Assembly (NCBI GenBank): GCA_938004865.1
Contig: CALKVT010000188.1
Span: 1-28,861, forward strand
DNA length: 28,861 bases
Origin: an uncultured Myxococcales bacterium
Lineage (GTDB): Bacteria > Myxococcota_A > Polyangia > Haliangiales > Haliangiaceae
Reading direction: 5' to 3'
In this document: positions 1 through 7,805 of the stretch, piece by piece
How the letters are laid out: every line of letters starts with the position of its first letter
How positions within the stretch are numbered: position 1 is the first letter of the stretch
Notes under the pieces: generated by a model
Database searches by the model: none
Seen by the model: only the letters and a program-made list of their open reading frames with translations
What the model was told of the DNA's origin: nothing
Made by a program: the position numbers and the translations under genes

Positions 1-1
1 G

Positions 2-1375
2 ACGATCCAGAGCCTGGCCTACACGCGCAACGCCAAGGGCCTCATCACCGCGGTGTCCAGCCCGGTCGCGCACGAGGGCTGGAGCTACGGATACGACGAG
101 CTCGATCGACTGATCTCGGCGAGCAACACGTCGAGCTCGGGGGAGAGCCAGACGCTCGCGTACGACGCGATCGGCAACATCACCTACAACTCGCGGCGCG
201 GCACGTACGTCTACGGCTCGTCGCGCCCGCACGCGGTGACGGCGGCGGGCGCGAGCAGCTACACCTACGACGCGGCCGGGCTCATGACGTCGGGCGCGGG
301 GCGGACGCTGGGCTGGGACGGCGACAACCGGCTGGTGACGGTCAGCGGCGGCGGCGTGAACCTGACGTACACGTACGACGCCGACGGCGCGCGCATCCAG
401 GAGGTCGAGAACGGGATCACGCGGCGCTACTTCGGCGACAACTTCGAGCTCCAGGTCGGCGGCGCGACGCGGAAGTACGTGATGGTCGCCGACGTGCTCG
501 TCGCGCGCCGCGACGCGGGCACGGCCTACTGGGTGCACACCGATCACCTGGGCTCGATCCAGGCCGAGACCGACGCCACCGGCGGCGTGGCGCACCGCAA
601 GACCTACCGTCCGTACGGCGAGGTGCTGTCGTCGACGGGCACGCTCCAGGACGAGCCGCGCGGCTACACCGGCCAGCGCCACGACGCCTCCGGCCTCCTC
701 TTCCTGCACAACCGCTCCTACGATCCGGCGCTCGGGCGCTTCGTGTCGCCGGACCTCGTGATCGACGGCGAGGACACGGTCGGCCTCAACCGCTACGCGT
801 ACTGCAGCAACAACCCGGTCACGCGCACCGACGTCGAGGGCACGGACGACGAGCCCGAGCCCGACAAGGACAAGCAGCCGGAGAAGAAGGCCAACGGCAA
901 CTGGGTGTCGCGCGGCGTGGACGCGGCGAAGAAGAACGGCGAGTTCGCCGACGCGCCGCCCACGATCGGCGAGCCCGGCCAGGACAAGGTCCGCTACGAC
1001 TTCTACCAGAAGCCGGTGGCGGTCGCGGGCTCGCACTTCAAGGCGGTGGTCACCGACGAGTCGGGCAAGAACGTCGGCACGTACAGCCTCGCCGGCTGGG
1101 ACGCGAAGTACAACGACCCCAACCCAGGCGACGACAAGTACCGGCACGCCGGCACGATCTACAAGGACAGGGAGAGCCTCAAGAGCTTCAACGACGCGTA
1201 CATGAACATCGCCGACGGCAACCGCTACGCCGTCGGTGACTCGAACGCGGCGATGGACCACGCGATCAAGGCGGTCGGCGAGACCAAGGGCCTCTTCACG
1301 CTGTCGAACCCGCACGGGGTGCCGGCGGCGGCCTACGGCTACAACAACTTCGACTACCAGGAGCCGCAGCCGTGA
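2..1375 (+). CDS. RHS/YD-repeat polymorphic toxin, C-terminal fragment (5' end lies outside the window) with a variable C-terminal toxin domain
   Basis: The frame is open from nt 2. YD repeats are present (YDAIGNITY, YTYDAAGLMTS, TYTYDADGARIQ). The RHS core ending is present (HTDHLGSIQAETDATG...YRPYGE...RSYDPALGRFVSPD...NRYAYCSNNPV). A ~175-aa Lys/Asp-rich tail follows the core, as in polymorphic toxins. The ORF track starts at 53 with GTG, but the frame continues upstream. Confidence 0.85.
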   Translation, partial: TIQSLAYTRNAKGLITAVSSPVAHEGWSYGYDELDRLISASNTSSSGESQTLAYDAIGNITYNSRRGTYVYGSSRPHAVTAAGASSYTYDAAGLMTSGAGRTLGWDGDNRLVTVSGGGVNLTYTYDADGARIQEVENGITRRYFGDNFELQVGGATRKYVMVADVLVARRDAGTAYWVHTDHLGSIQAETDATGGVAHRKTYRPYGEVLSSTGTLQDEPRGYTGQRHDASGLLFLHNRSYDPALGRFVSPDLVIDGEDTVGLNRYAYCSNNPVTRTDVEGTDDEPEPDKDKQPEKKANGNWVSRGVDAAKKNGEFADAPPTIGEPGQDKVRYDFYQKPVAVAGSHFKAVVTDESGKNVGTYSLAGWDAKYNDPNPGDDKYRHAGTIYKDRESLKSFNDAYMNIADGNRYAVGDSNAAMDHAIKAVGETKGLFTLSNPHGVPAAAYGYNNFDYQEPQP

Positions 1376-1740
1376 GCGCGCGCTGGACCCTGGGAGCGCT
1401 GCTCGTCGCGGCCGCGGGCCTCGCGGCGCTCACGCTGCACGGGCTGCGCGCGAGCCCGGACGCGACGTCGTCGGCTCCGGCTGCCGTGTCCGCGCGCGAG
1501 GTGGACGCCGACCAGCCGCCGTCGCTCGCCGACGAGCGACCGCCGTGGGAGGTCGTGCGCGAGCGCGACACGGTGCTCCCCGCGGGCGCGGTGCCGGTCG
1601 CGCACGTGGCGGCGCCGCCGCCGGATCCGTCGACGCCGATGCCGCCGGCGTCCGTCGAGCCGCCCAACCCGGCGACCCACCGCCCGCCGCTGCACAACCC
1701 CGGCGGCGTCGACGGCGACCGCCCACCCCGCTCGCCCTGA
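1372..1740 (+). CDS. Hypothetical Pro-rich protein with an N-terminal hydrophobic anchor; candidate RHS immunity or partner protein
   Basis: Its GTG start overlaps the RHS stop (GTGA), which suggests translational coupling. Nearly every third position in this frame is G/C, so it looks coding. The N-terminal hydrophobic segment is WTLGALLVAAAGLAALTL. The rest is low-complexity and Pro-rich, so the function is uncertain. Confidence 0.4.
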   Translation: MSARWTLGALLVAAAGLAALTLHGLRASPDATSSAPAAVSAREVDADQPPSLADERPPWEVVRERDTVLPAGAVPVAHVAAPPPDPSTPMPPASVEPPNPATHRPPLHNPGGVDGDRPPRSP

Positions 1741-1762
1741 AACGGCGTCTGCCGGGCAGGCG

Positions 1763-2761
1763 TCAGTCGCAGCCGCCGTAGCGGCTAACGGCCATCGTGC
1801 CGTCGGGAGTCTCGTCGTCCTCGGGCAGCGCAGGATCGAGGTAGCCCACCAGGTAGGTGTACATCGTCATCCCGCCGTCCACCGTGGCGACCCCGGTCAC
1901 CTGCTCCATCACGCCGTCGCCGTTGGAGTCGAAGAGCGCCCGTGGCTCCGGCGCCAGGATGATCTGCGACTGCCACTCCAGGCGCGGCGTGGTGCCCGTT
2001 AGCGCGTACTCGGCGCGGAGCATGCGGGGGGCGGGGTGGCAGGATCGCTCGACCGGGTGCGCGAACCACTTCACGATCACCACCCGCGTCACGTCGTCGA
2101 AGCGGAAGCCCCACGCGGCGGCGTCGCCGCTGGCGTCATCCGGGTACTCGCGGGACAGCGCCCGATAGGCGGGCAGGGCGCGAAACGCGGTCGCCACACG
2201 CTTCAGCTCGGCGGCGTTCACGGCGATCCTGGTGCCGGCGCGCACGATGGGGCGGGGCGTGATCACGACGGGCGCGCAGCCGGCCTCCGGGCGAAGCTCG
2301 GCGACGAACGTGGGGTCGTTCTCGATCTCGGCGGCGTTGCTGGTGGCCAGCCAGAACAGGCCGGTGATCGTCGTCGCGCACGCGGTGCCATCGGCGGCGC
2401 GCGTCGCCAGGGGCTGCCCCACGATCGTCCGCCACGCCGCCGGCGCGTGGGCTGCCGCCTGGAGCATGATCCGGTGGCCGAGCTCCGACACCGGCGCCGC
2501 GCCGACCCAGTCGGTGCTCGGCTTCGAACCGTCGGCTGGCCGGTACCAGTCCTCGATCGCGACGAACCATCGCCCGTCGAGCTCGGCGACGACCATCATG
2601 TCACGATCGCCCCATGTTCCCGCGGCCGCGTCGAGGACGGCGGCGTCGCCGGCCGGCGTCGCGACCGCGTCGGACGATGTCGCCGACGCCGCGCGTTCCG
2701 GCTGCTTGCACGACGTCGACTGCGTGGCCGCGACGACGAGGATGAGGCCGAGCTGGCGCAT
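1763..2761 (-). CDS. Hypothetical lipoprotein
   Basis: ATG start. The signal peptide with lipobox is MRQLGLILVVAATQSTSC. The composition is globular and not low-complexity. It is convergent with the RHS locus. Confidence 0.6.
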   Translation of the reverse strand: MRQLGLILVVAATQSTSCKQPERAASATSSDAVATPAGDAAVLDAAAGTWGDRDMMVVAELDGRWFVAIEDWYRPADGSKPSTDWVGAAPVSELGHRIMLQAAAHAPAAWRTIVGQPLATRAADGTACATTITGLFWLATSNAAEIENDPTFVAELRPEAGCAPVVITPRPIVRAGTRIAVNAAELKRVATAFRALPAYRALSREYPDDASGDAAAWGFRFDDVTRVVIVKWFAHPVERSCHPAPRMLRAEYALTGTTPRLEWQSQIILAPEPRALFDSNGDGVMEQVTGVATVDGGMTMYTYLVGYLDPALPEDDETPDGTMAVSRYGGCD

Positions 2762-2768
2762 CAGGGAC

Positions 2769-4253
2769 CTAGCGGCGGCCGACCGGAGGTGGCTCGTAGC
2801 GCTCGACCGGGCTCGCCGTCGGCGTGCCGCCGAGGACGACGATGGTGCCGTCGCACAGGCGCGCGGCGGCGTGACCGGCGCGCGCGCGGCCGATGCGATC
2901 GGTGGTGACCGCGTCGACCGAACCGTCGAGCGGATCGAGGTTGATGATGTAAGCCGAGAGGACGGGCTCGCCCTGCGGCGTCTCTTTGCCTCCGGCGACG
3001 AGGACGCGGCCGTCGGGGAGCACGGTGATGGTCGCGTCGAGGAGGCCGGCGCCGGGCGGTAACGCGCCGGCCTCGACGAAGCCGCCGTCGATGGTGAAGA
3101 GCTCCATGGTGCGCACGGGCTGGCCGGCGGCGTCGATGCCGCCGATGAAGAGCACGCTGCCGTCGGGCATGCGCACCGCCTCGTGGCGGGCGCGGGGGAT
3201 GTTCATCGTCGGCGCGAAGCCCTGCGCGAAGCTCTCGCGCAGCGGGCGCCACAGCTCGGCGGCGGCGATGAGCGCGCCGTCGCGATCGATGCCGCCGGCG
3301 ACCAGCACCGGCGCGCCGAGGTCGTCGGAGAGGCGGGTCGCGGTGGCGGCGCGGCGCGGGATGGCCATCGTCGCGGCGAGGTCGCGGATGGCGACGGTGG
3401 CGCCGTCGCCGGCGATCTCGACCGGCGTCGCGATCGGCTCCCCGCCGACCGGGCCGCCGCCGAAGACGACGATGCGGCCGTCGCTCAGCGTCACGGCGGT
3501 CGCCCCGGCGCGCGCGAGCCGGACGTCGTCGAGGCCCTCGACGCGGCCGACCAGCGAGGTGTCGAGCTCGAAGACCTCGAGCCGCGGCGACGCCTGGAGC
3601 GTCAGCGGATCGGTGCCGCCGAGCACGACCAGGCGGCCGTCGCCGAGCGACGCATAGGTCGCGTCGCGCCGCGACGTGAGGCTCGCGACCGTCTCGAGCA
3701 CGCCGCGGTGCGGGTCGAAGCGCTCGAGGCCGGGCACCGGCTGGTCGGTCTCGTCGTCGCCGCCGGCGAAGAGGACGCTGCCGTCGCGGTACGTGATGGC
3801 GCGGCCGCCGCGGCGCACGGCCGCCGGCGAGGCGTCGACGTCGCCCCACTTGACGGTGCGCGCGAACCACAGGTGCGGCGACGGCGGCGCCGCGTCGCCG
3901 AGCGAGAAGGCGCACGTGCGGCCATACGCGACATCGCCGCCGTTGAGGCGGCCGGTCATGTGCAGGACGAGCCCGTCGCCCTCGGGCACGTCGCGCAGCT
4001 CGATGGTGTCGCCGCGCGCGAACGACGCGCTCAGGAGGTCGGTCGACGAGCCCTCGCGCGCGAGCGTGAGCACGACCTCGTCGAGATCGGGGAACGCCGC
4101 CGCGTCGCTGCCCGGCGCGGGCCCGTCGATCACCGGCGCCATGACGATGTCGTCGGGCCCGCACGCACCGAGCGCGAGCAACGCGAGGACGCGCGGTCCG
4201 TTCGCCCTGAGCGAGCAGCACCGCCGCGAGTCGAAGGGCGCGTTCACTGCCAT
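2769..4253 (-). CDS. Kelch-repeat beta-propeller lipoprotein
   Basis: Kelch blades recur with the signature DG.(I/V).V.GG (DGRLVVLGG, DGRIVVFGGG, VLVAGGIDRDG, DGSVLFIGGID, DGRVLVAGGKE, DGTIVVLGGT). The N-terminus MAVNAPFDSRRCCSLRANGPRVLALLALGAC is a lipoprotein signal. Its ATG sits 8 nt upstream of the preceding gene's stop. The 854-aa ORF in the track is an Arg-rich upstream read-through artifact. Confidence 0.8.
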   Translation of the reverse strand: MAVNAPFDSRRCCSLRANGPRVLALLALGACGPDDIVMAPVIDGPAPGSDAAAFPDLDEVVLTLAREGSSTDLLSASFARGDTIELRDVPEGDGLVLHMTGRLNGGDVAYGRTCAFSLGDAAPPSPHLWFARTVKWGDVDASPAAVRRGGRAITYRDGSVLFAGGDDETDQPVPGLERFDPHRGVLETVASLTSRRDATYASLGDGRLVVLGGTDPLTLQASPRLEVFELDTSLVGRVEGLDDVRLARAGATAVTLSDGRIVVFGGGPVGGEPIATPVEIAGDGATVAIRDLAATMAIPRRAATATRLSDDLGAPVLVAGGIDRDGALIAAAELWRPLRESFAQGFAPTMNIPRARHEAVRMPDGSVLFIGGIDAAGQPVRTMELFTIDGGFVEAGALPPGAGLLDATITVLPDGRVLVAGGKETPQGEPVLSAYIINLDPLDGSVDAVTTDRIGRARAGHAAARLCDGTIVVLGGTPTASPVERYEPPPVGRR

Positions 4254-5293
4254 GGCGGCAACCCCGTCGGCCGGATGACGCGATCGCCGGGCCCGGTGTC
4301 GCGCGCGGCGATCGGGATCAGCACCGCGGCGGCGGCGACCGCCCCGCCGACCGCCCACACCCACCGCTTGCGGTACCAGGGCTCGCGCACGATGTCCGGC
4401 GGCGTCAGCATGCGCTCGACCGTCGCCGCGATCACCTCGCCGTCGGCGGTGACCAGCGCGCGCGCTCGCTCGCGGCCGTCGGCAGCGCGATGGCGGATGC
4501 GCGCGGCGCCGGCGAGGATCGTCACCTCGATGACCGTGGCCGCGCCCAGCGCGCGCGCCTGGATGAGCGCCTCGTCCTCGTCGGGCGGCGCGATCGGCGC
4601 CGGCGTCACCACGACCTCGACGGCGGTGCGGTCGAGCACGACGCGGCGGCCCCACGGCCGGTGCTCGCGGCAGGCGGCGTCGATCCAGTGCGCGCCGTGG
4701 GGCAGCTCGGCGCGGCCGTCCCCCGAGATGGCGCCGTCGATCGAGATCACGCAGCCGGCGGGCGCGCTCACGCGCAGCACGCCGCGCGGCGCCGACGCGA
4801 CCTCGTCGCGCGCGCGCTGGAGCTGCTCGATCGCGCGCGGCGGGAAGCGCGCCGGATCGAGGCGGCGCGACGGATCGATGCGCGCGGCGACGAGCAGGTC
4901 GTCCCATGCGCGCTCGGGCTCGCCGAGCTGGATGCGCGCCAGGCCGCGGTAGAGGAAGAGCTCGGCGAGGCGGGCGACGTCGAGGCCGGCGGCGCCGGTG
5001 CGGTCGAGCTCGGCCGCCGCCTCGTTGAGCAGCGCGAGCGACTCGTCGAAGCGAAGCTGATCGTAGGCCGTGATCGCCGCGACGATGCGCGACGCGTCGG
5101 CGGGTTTCGGAGCCGGCGGCGAGCGATCGACGAACGCCGCGCCCCGGGCCTCGGCCGCGGCGCGCGTGCGCGCGCGCAGCACCGCCGGCGCGTCGGGCGG
5201 CGCCCAGTAGAGGATCGCGTCGGCGGCCGGCGCCGCGGCGGCGTTCCCCGCGGACATCAGCACGACGACGGCGGCCAGGACGATGGCGCGCAA
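4244..5293 (-). CDS. Secreted protein with a TPR-like helical region, a PEGA-like beta-sandwich and a C-terminal TM anchor
   Basis: A probable TTG start gives the signal peptide (M)RAIVLAAVVVLMSAGNAAAAP; the start is uncertain, and an internal ATG (MSAGN) is the alternative. The PEGA-like segment is VLRVSAPAGCVISIDGAISGDGRAELPHGAHWIDAA. The C-terminal TM segment is WVWAVGGAVAAAAVLIPIAA. It overlaps the downstream Kelch gene by 10 nt, so the two form an operon. Confidence 0.6.
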   Translation of the reverse strand: MRAIVLAAVVVLMSAGNAAAAPAADAILYWAPPDAPAVLRARTRAAAEARGAAFVDRSPPAPKPADASRIVAAITAYDQLRFDESLALLNEAAAELDRTGAAGLDVARLAELFLYRGLARIQLGEPERAWDDLLVAARIDPSRRLDPARFPPRAIEQLQRARDEVASAPRGVLRVSAPAGCVISIDGAISGDGRAELPHGAHWIDAACREHRPWGRRVVLDRTAVEVVVTPAPIAPPDEDEALIQARALGAATVIEVTILAGAARIRHRAADGRERARALVTADGEVIAATVERMLTPPDIVREPWYRKRWVWAVGGAVAAAAVLIPIAARDTGPGDRVIRPTGLPPWQ

Positions 5294-5320
5294 CGCCCAT
5301 ATTGTCGGCCGCCCTCCGGA

Positions 5321-5334
5321 GGTGGTCAACCACC
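5321..5334. promoter_or_regulatory. Palindrome GGTGGT-ca-ACCACC in the 60-bp divergent promoter region between the kinase gene and the PEGA/Kelch operon
   Basis: The 6-bp arms are perfect and the spacer is 2 nt. A TATAGT -10-like hexamer lies 5 bp downstream and 13 nt before the kinase ATG. Confidence 0.25.
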
Positions 5335-5353
5335 GCGCTATAGTCGGGCGGCG

Positions 5354-7012
5354 ATGGCCGAAACCGTGCTGGGGCGCTACGAGCTGCTGCGGCTGCTCGG
5401 GCGAGGCGGCATGGCCGACGTCTACCTCGCGCGCCGGCGCGTCGCCGGGCTGGAGAAGCGGCTGGTCATCAAGCGGGTGCGGCCGCAGCAGGTCGGCGAC
5501 ACCACGTTCCTCGAGCTGTTCGTGCGCGAGGCGCGGCTGTCGATGACGCTCAACCACCAGAACATCGTCCCGGTCTTCGATTTCGGGCGGGTGGGCGACG
5601 CGGCCTTCCTGGCCATGGAGTTCGTCGAGGGCCGCGACCTGGGCGCGACCCTGCGCAAGGCCGAGGCGCCGGTGCCGCCGATGCTCGCGGCGTTCATCGC
5701 CGCCGAGTGCTGCCTCGCGCTCGAGCACGCGCACCAGCGGCTCGGGCCCGACGGCCAGCCGCTCGGCGTCGTGCACCGCGACGTCACCCCGCGCAACGTG
5801 CTCCTGTCGTGGGCCGGCGAGGTCAAGCTGACCGACTTCGGCGTCGCCGCGCTCGCCGGCGATCCCAGCGGCGAGGTGCGCGGCACGATCGCGTACATGG
5901 CGCCCGAGCAGGCGCGCTACGAGCCGACCGACGCGCGCGCCGACCTCTACGCGCTCGGCCTCGTGCTCTGGGAGATGCTGGCGGGCGAGCGCGTGCGGAA
6001 GGCCAGGGACAAGAGCGCGCTCCTCGAGCACACGCGGCTCGGCGTCCTGCCCCCGCCGCCCGAGGGACCGCCCGCGTTGCTCGAGGTGATCGCGCGCGCG
6101 ACCCAGTACGAGGTGGGTGAGCGCTACGCCGACGCGGCCGCGATGCACGCGGCCCTCGATCGCTACCTCGTCGAGGCGCGCGCGGCGGCACCGGGGCCGA
6201 CGCCGGCGCGGCAGCTCGCCGACTGGCTCGAGAGGGTGTGGGGCGACGAGGCCGGCAAGATCGAGGGCCAGCCGCTGGAGCCGGGGACGACGGCGCCGGC
6301 CGACGACCTGGATCCGGCGACGATGCGTTCGCTCGCCGAGACCGCCGGCGAGCTGCCGTCGGTGGTCACGCCGAACGCGACCGCGACCGCCGCCGGGGGA
6401 ACGGCCGCGGCGGCGGCAGCAGCCTCGGCCGCCGCCGCGGCGCCCATCGTGCCCGTCGCTCCGGCTCCTCCCGCCGCGTCACCGCCGCCGTCCGCGCGCC
6501 GCTGGCTGCCGGCGGCCGCGCTCGTCGCGGCGGCCGCGCTCGTCGCCGTCTACGTCGTCGCCACGCGTGCGCCGTCGAGTACGCGCGTGGCCATCGTCGA
6601 CGACGCGGCGGCGCCGGCCGTCGACGCGGCGGCGCCGGACGCGTCGAGCGCGGACGCCCCGTCCGACGACGGGTTCGCCGACGCCGCCGTCGTGAACCAC
6701 GACGCGACGGCGCCGGTCGACGCCCGCGTCGTCGTGACGCCGCCCGATGGACGCGGCGCGCCGGTCGACGCCGGCGCCGACGCCACGCCGCCGCCGGTCC
6801 TGCGCAAGGTCACGATCGGCGCGACGCCGTGGGCCCACTTCACCGTCGACGACGATCCGACGATCCGCGAGACGCCGGAGACGATCCAGCTCGCGCCCGG
6901 GCGGCACCGCATCCACTTCACCAACGATCAGCTCGGCGTGAGTCGCACGGTCACGATCGAGGTCCCGGCCGATCGCGACCTCAAGCACGTCGAGGCGCTG
7001 GCCGAGCCGTAG
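5354..7012 (+). CDS. Eukaryotic-like Ser/Thr protein kinase (Hanks type) with a single TM helix and an extracytoplasmic PEGA-like domain
   Basis: Glycine loop GRGGMADVY. VAIK-like LVIKRV. Catalytic loop HRDVTPRN. DFG motif. Activation loop TIAYMAPE. A TM helix (LPAAALVAAAALVAVYVVA) follows an Ala/Pro-rich linker. The C-terminal PEGA-like domain is VTIGATPWAHFTVDDD...GRHRIHFT...TVTIEV. Confidence 0.9.
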   Translation: MAETVLGRYELLRLLGRGGMADVYLARRRVAGLEKRLVIKRVRPQQVGDTTFLELFVREARLSMTLNHQNIVPVFDFGRVGDAAFLAMEFVEGRDLGATLRKAEAPVPPMLAAFIAAECCLALEHAHQRLGPDGQPLGVVHRDVTPRNVLLSWAGEVKLTDFGVAALAGDPSGEVRGTIAYMAPEQARYEPTDARADLYALGLVLWEMLAGERVRKARDKSALLEHTRLGVLPPPPEGPPALLEVIARATQYEVGERYADAAAMHAALDRYLVEARAAAPGPTPARQLADWLERVWGDEAGKIEGQPLEPGTTAPADDLDPATMRSLAETAGELPSVVTPNATATAAGGTAAAAAAASAAAAAPIVPVAPAPPAASPPPSARRWLPAAALVAAAALVAVYVVATRAPSSTRVAIVDDAAAPAVDAAAPDASSADAPSDDGFADAAVVNHDATAPVDARVVVTPPDGRGAPVDAGADATPPPVLRKVTIGATPWAHFTVDDDPTIRETPETIQLAPGRHRIHFTNDQLGVSRTVTIEVPADRDLKHVEALAEP

Positions 7013-7031
7013 CCCGGCCGCACAGGGCGCC

Positions 7032-7790
7032 TCAGCGCGTCAACGACGCGTGCAGCAGGAGGGCGCCGGTGACGAGCAGGAGCCCGGCGACCGCGCCGCG
7101 GAAGGCGCGCTCGCTGACCCGCACGTGCACGAGCTCGCCGAGCACCAGGCCGGCGGCCATCGCCGGGACGAGCTGCAGCGAGCCGCGGAGCGACGCCAGG
7201 TCGACGTGGCCGCGCACGCTCAGGCGCGCGATCACGATGACGTTCAGCACGAACCACATGACCGCGAGCGTCGAGCGCAGGGTCGTCTTCGACGGGAGCA
7301 TGCGCGCGATCACCGCGACCGCGAGCGGGCCGCCGGTCGCGAACAGGCCGTGGACCACGCCCGCGCCGAGCAGCAAGCCGCGCTGCGCCGAGGGCGGCAG
7401 CCCACCCATGAGCGTCGTCCCGTGCGCCGCGCGCACCTGCGCCAGGATCTCGAGCACCGCCACGACGATCACGAGCCCGGCGAACAGGGCGCGCGCGCCG
7501 TCGGCCTCGATCACCCACGCCAGCGCGGTGCCGCCGGCGAGCCCGAGCAGGATCATCGGCAGGATCGACACACCGAGCGCGCGCCACGCGATCGCGCGCC
7601 GCCCGCGCAGGGCGAGCGCGAGCGAGAGCCCGAGGTTGAGCGGCAGGAACCACGCGAGCAGCGGCTCGATACCGAACCAGCGCGCGCCGAGCGAGAGCGC
7701 GAGCACCGTGCCGCCGAAGCCGGCGACCGCCTCGACGAACGCGCCGGCGCCGAGCACCGCCGAGAGCAGCAACAGATCGTCGGTGGTCAT
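7032..7790 (-). CDS. TauE/SafE (DUF81) family anion/sulfite exporter membrane protein
   Basis: It is about 250 aa with 7-8 hydrophobic helices. The N-terminal GAGAFVEAVAGFGGTVLALSL and a second repeat half GGPLAVAVI are typical of the TauE/SafE architecture. Confidence 0.75.
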   Translation of the reverse strand: MTTDDLLLLSAVLGAGAFVEAVAGFGGTVLALSLGARWFGIEPLLAWFLPLNLGLSLALALRGRRAIAWRALGVSILPMILLGLAGGTALAWVIEADGARALFAGLVIVVAVLEILAQVRAAHGTTLMGGLPPSAQRGLLLGAGVVHGLFATGGPLAVAVIARMLPSKTTLRSTLAVMWFVLNVIVIARLSVRGHVDLASLRGSLQLVPAMAAGLVLGELVHVRVSERAFRGAVAGLLLVTGALLLHASLTR

Positions 7791-7805
7791 GTCGGGGTGG
7801 TCATG

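Noticed and set aside
1741-1762. Short imperfect inverted repeats (ACGGCG...CGCCGT, GCC-gggca-GGC) between the convergent immunity-candidate and lipoprotein genes, as a possible bidirectional terminator
   Set aside because: The stems are short and imperfect, there is no U-tract, and the 3' arm lies inside the lipoprotein coding sequence, so the evidence is too weak to call a feature.
2761-4221. 486-aa Arg-rich minus ORF overlapping the Kelch gene in another frame, and the 854-aa N-terminal extension of the Kelch ORF
   Set aside because: The translations are poly-Arg/Ala/Pro and low-complexity. The Kelch protein has a clear lipoprotein signal starting at the ATG at 4253.
4490-5353. Upstream 288-codon extension of the kinase ORF
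   Set aside because: The extension is Arg/Asp/Gly-rich junk that is antisense to the PEGA/TPR secreted-protein gene. The kinase N-terminus (MAETVLGRYELLRLLGRGGMADVY) begins at the ATG at 5354 with the glycine loop about 15 residues in, as expected.
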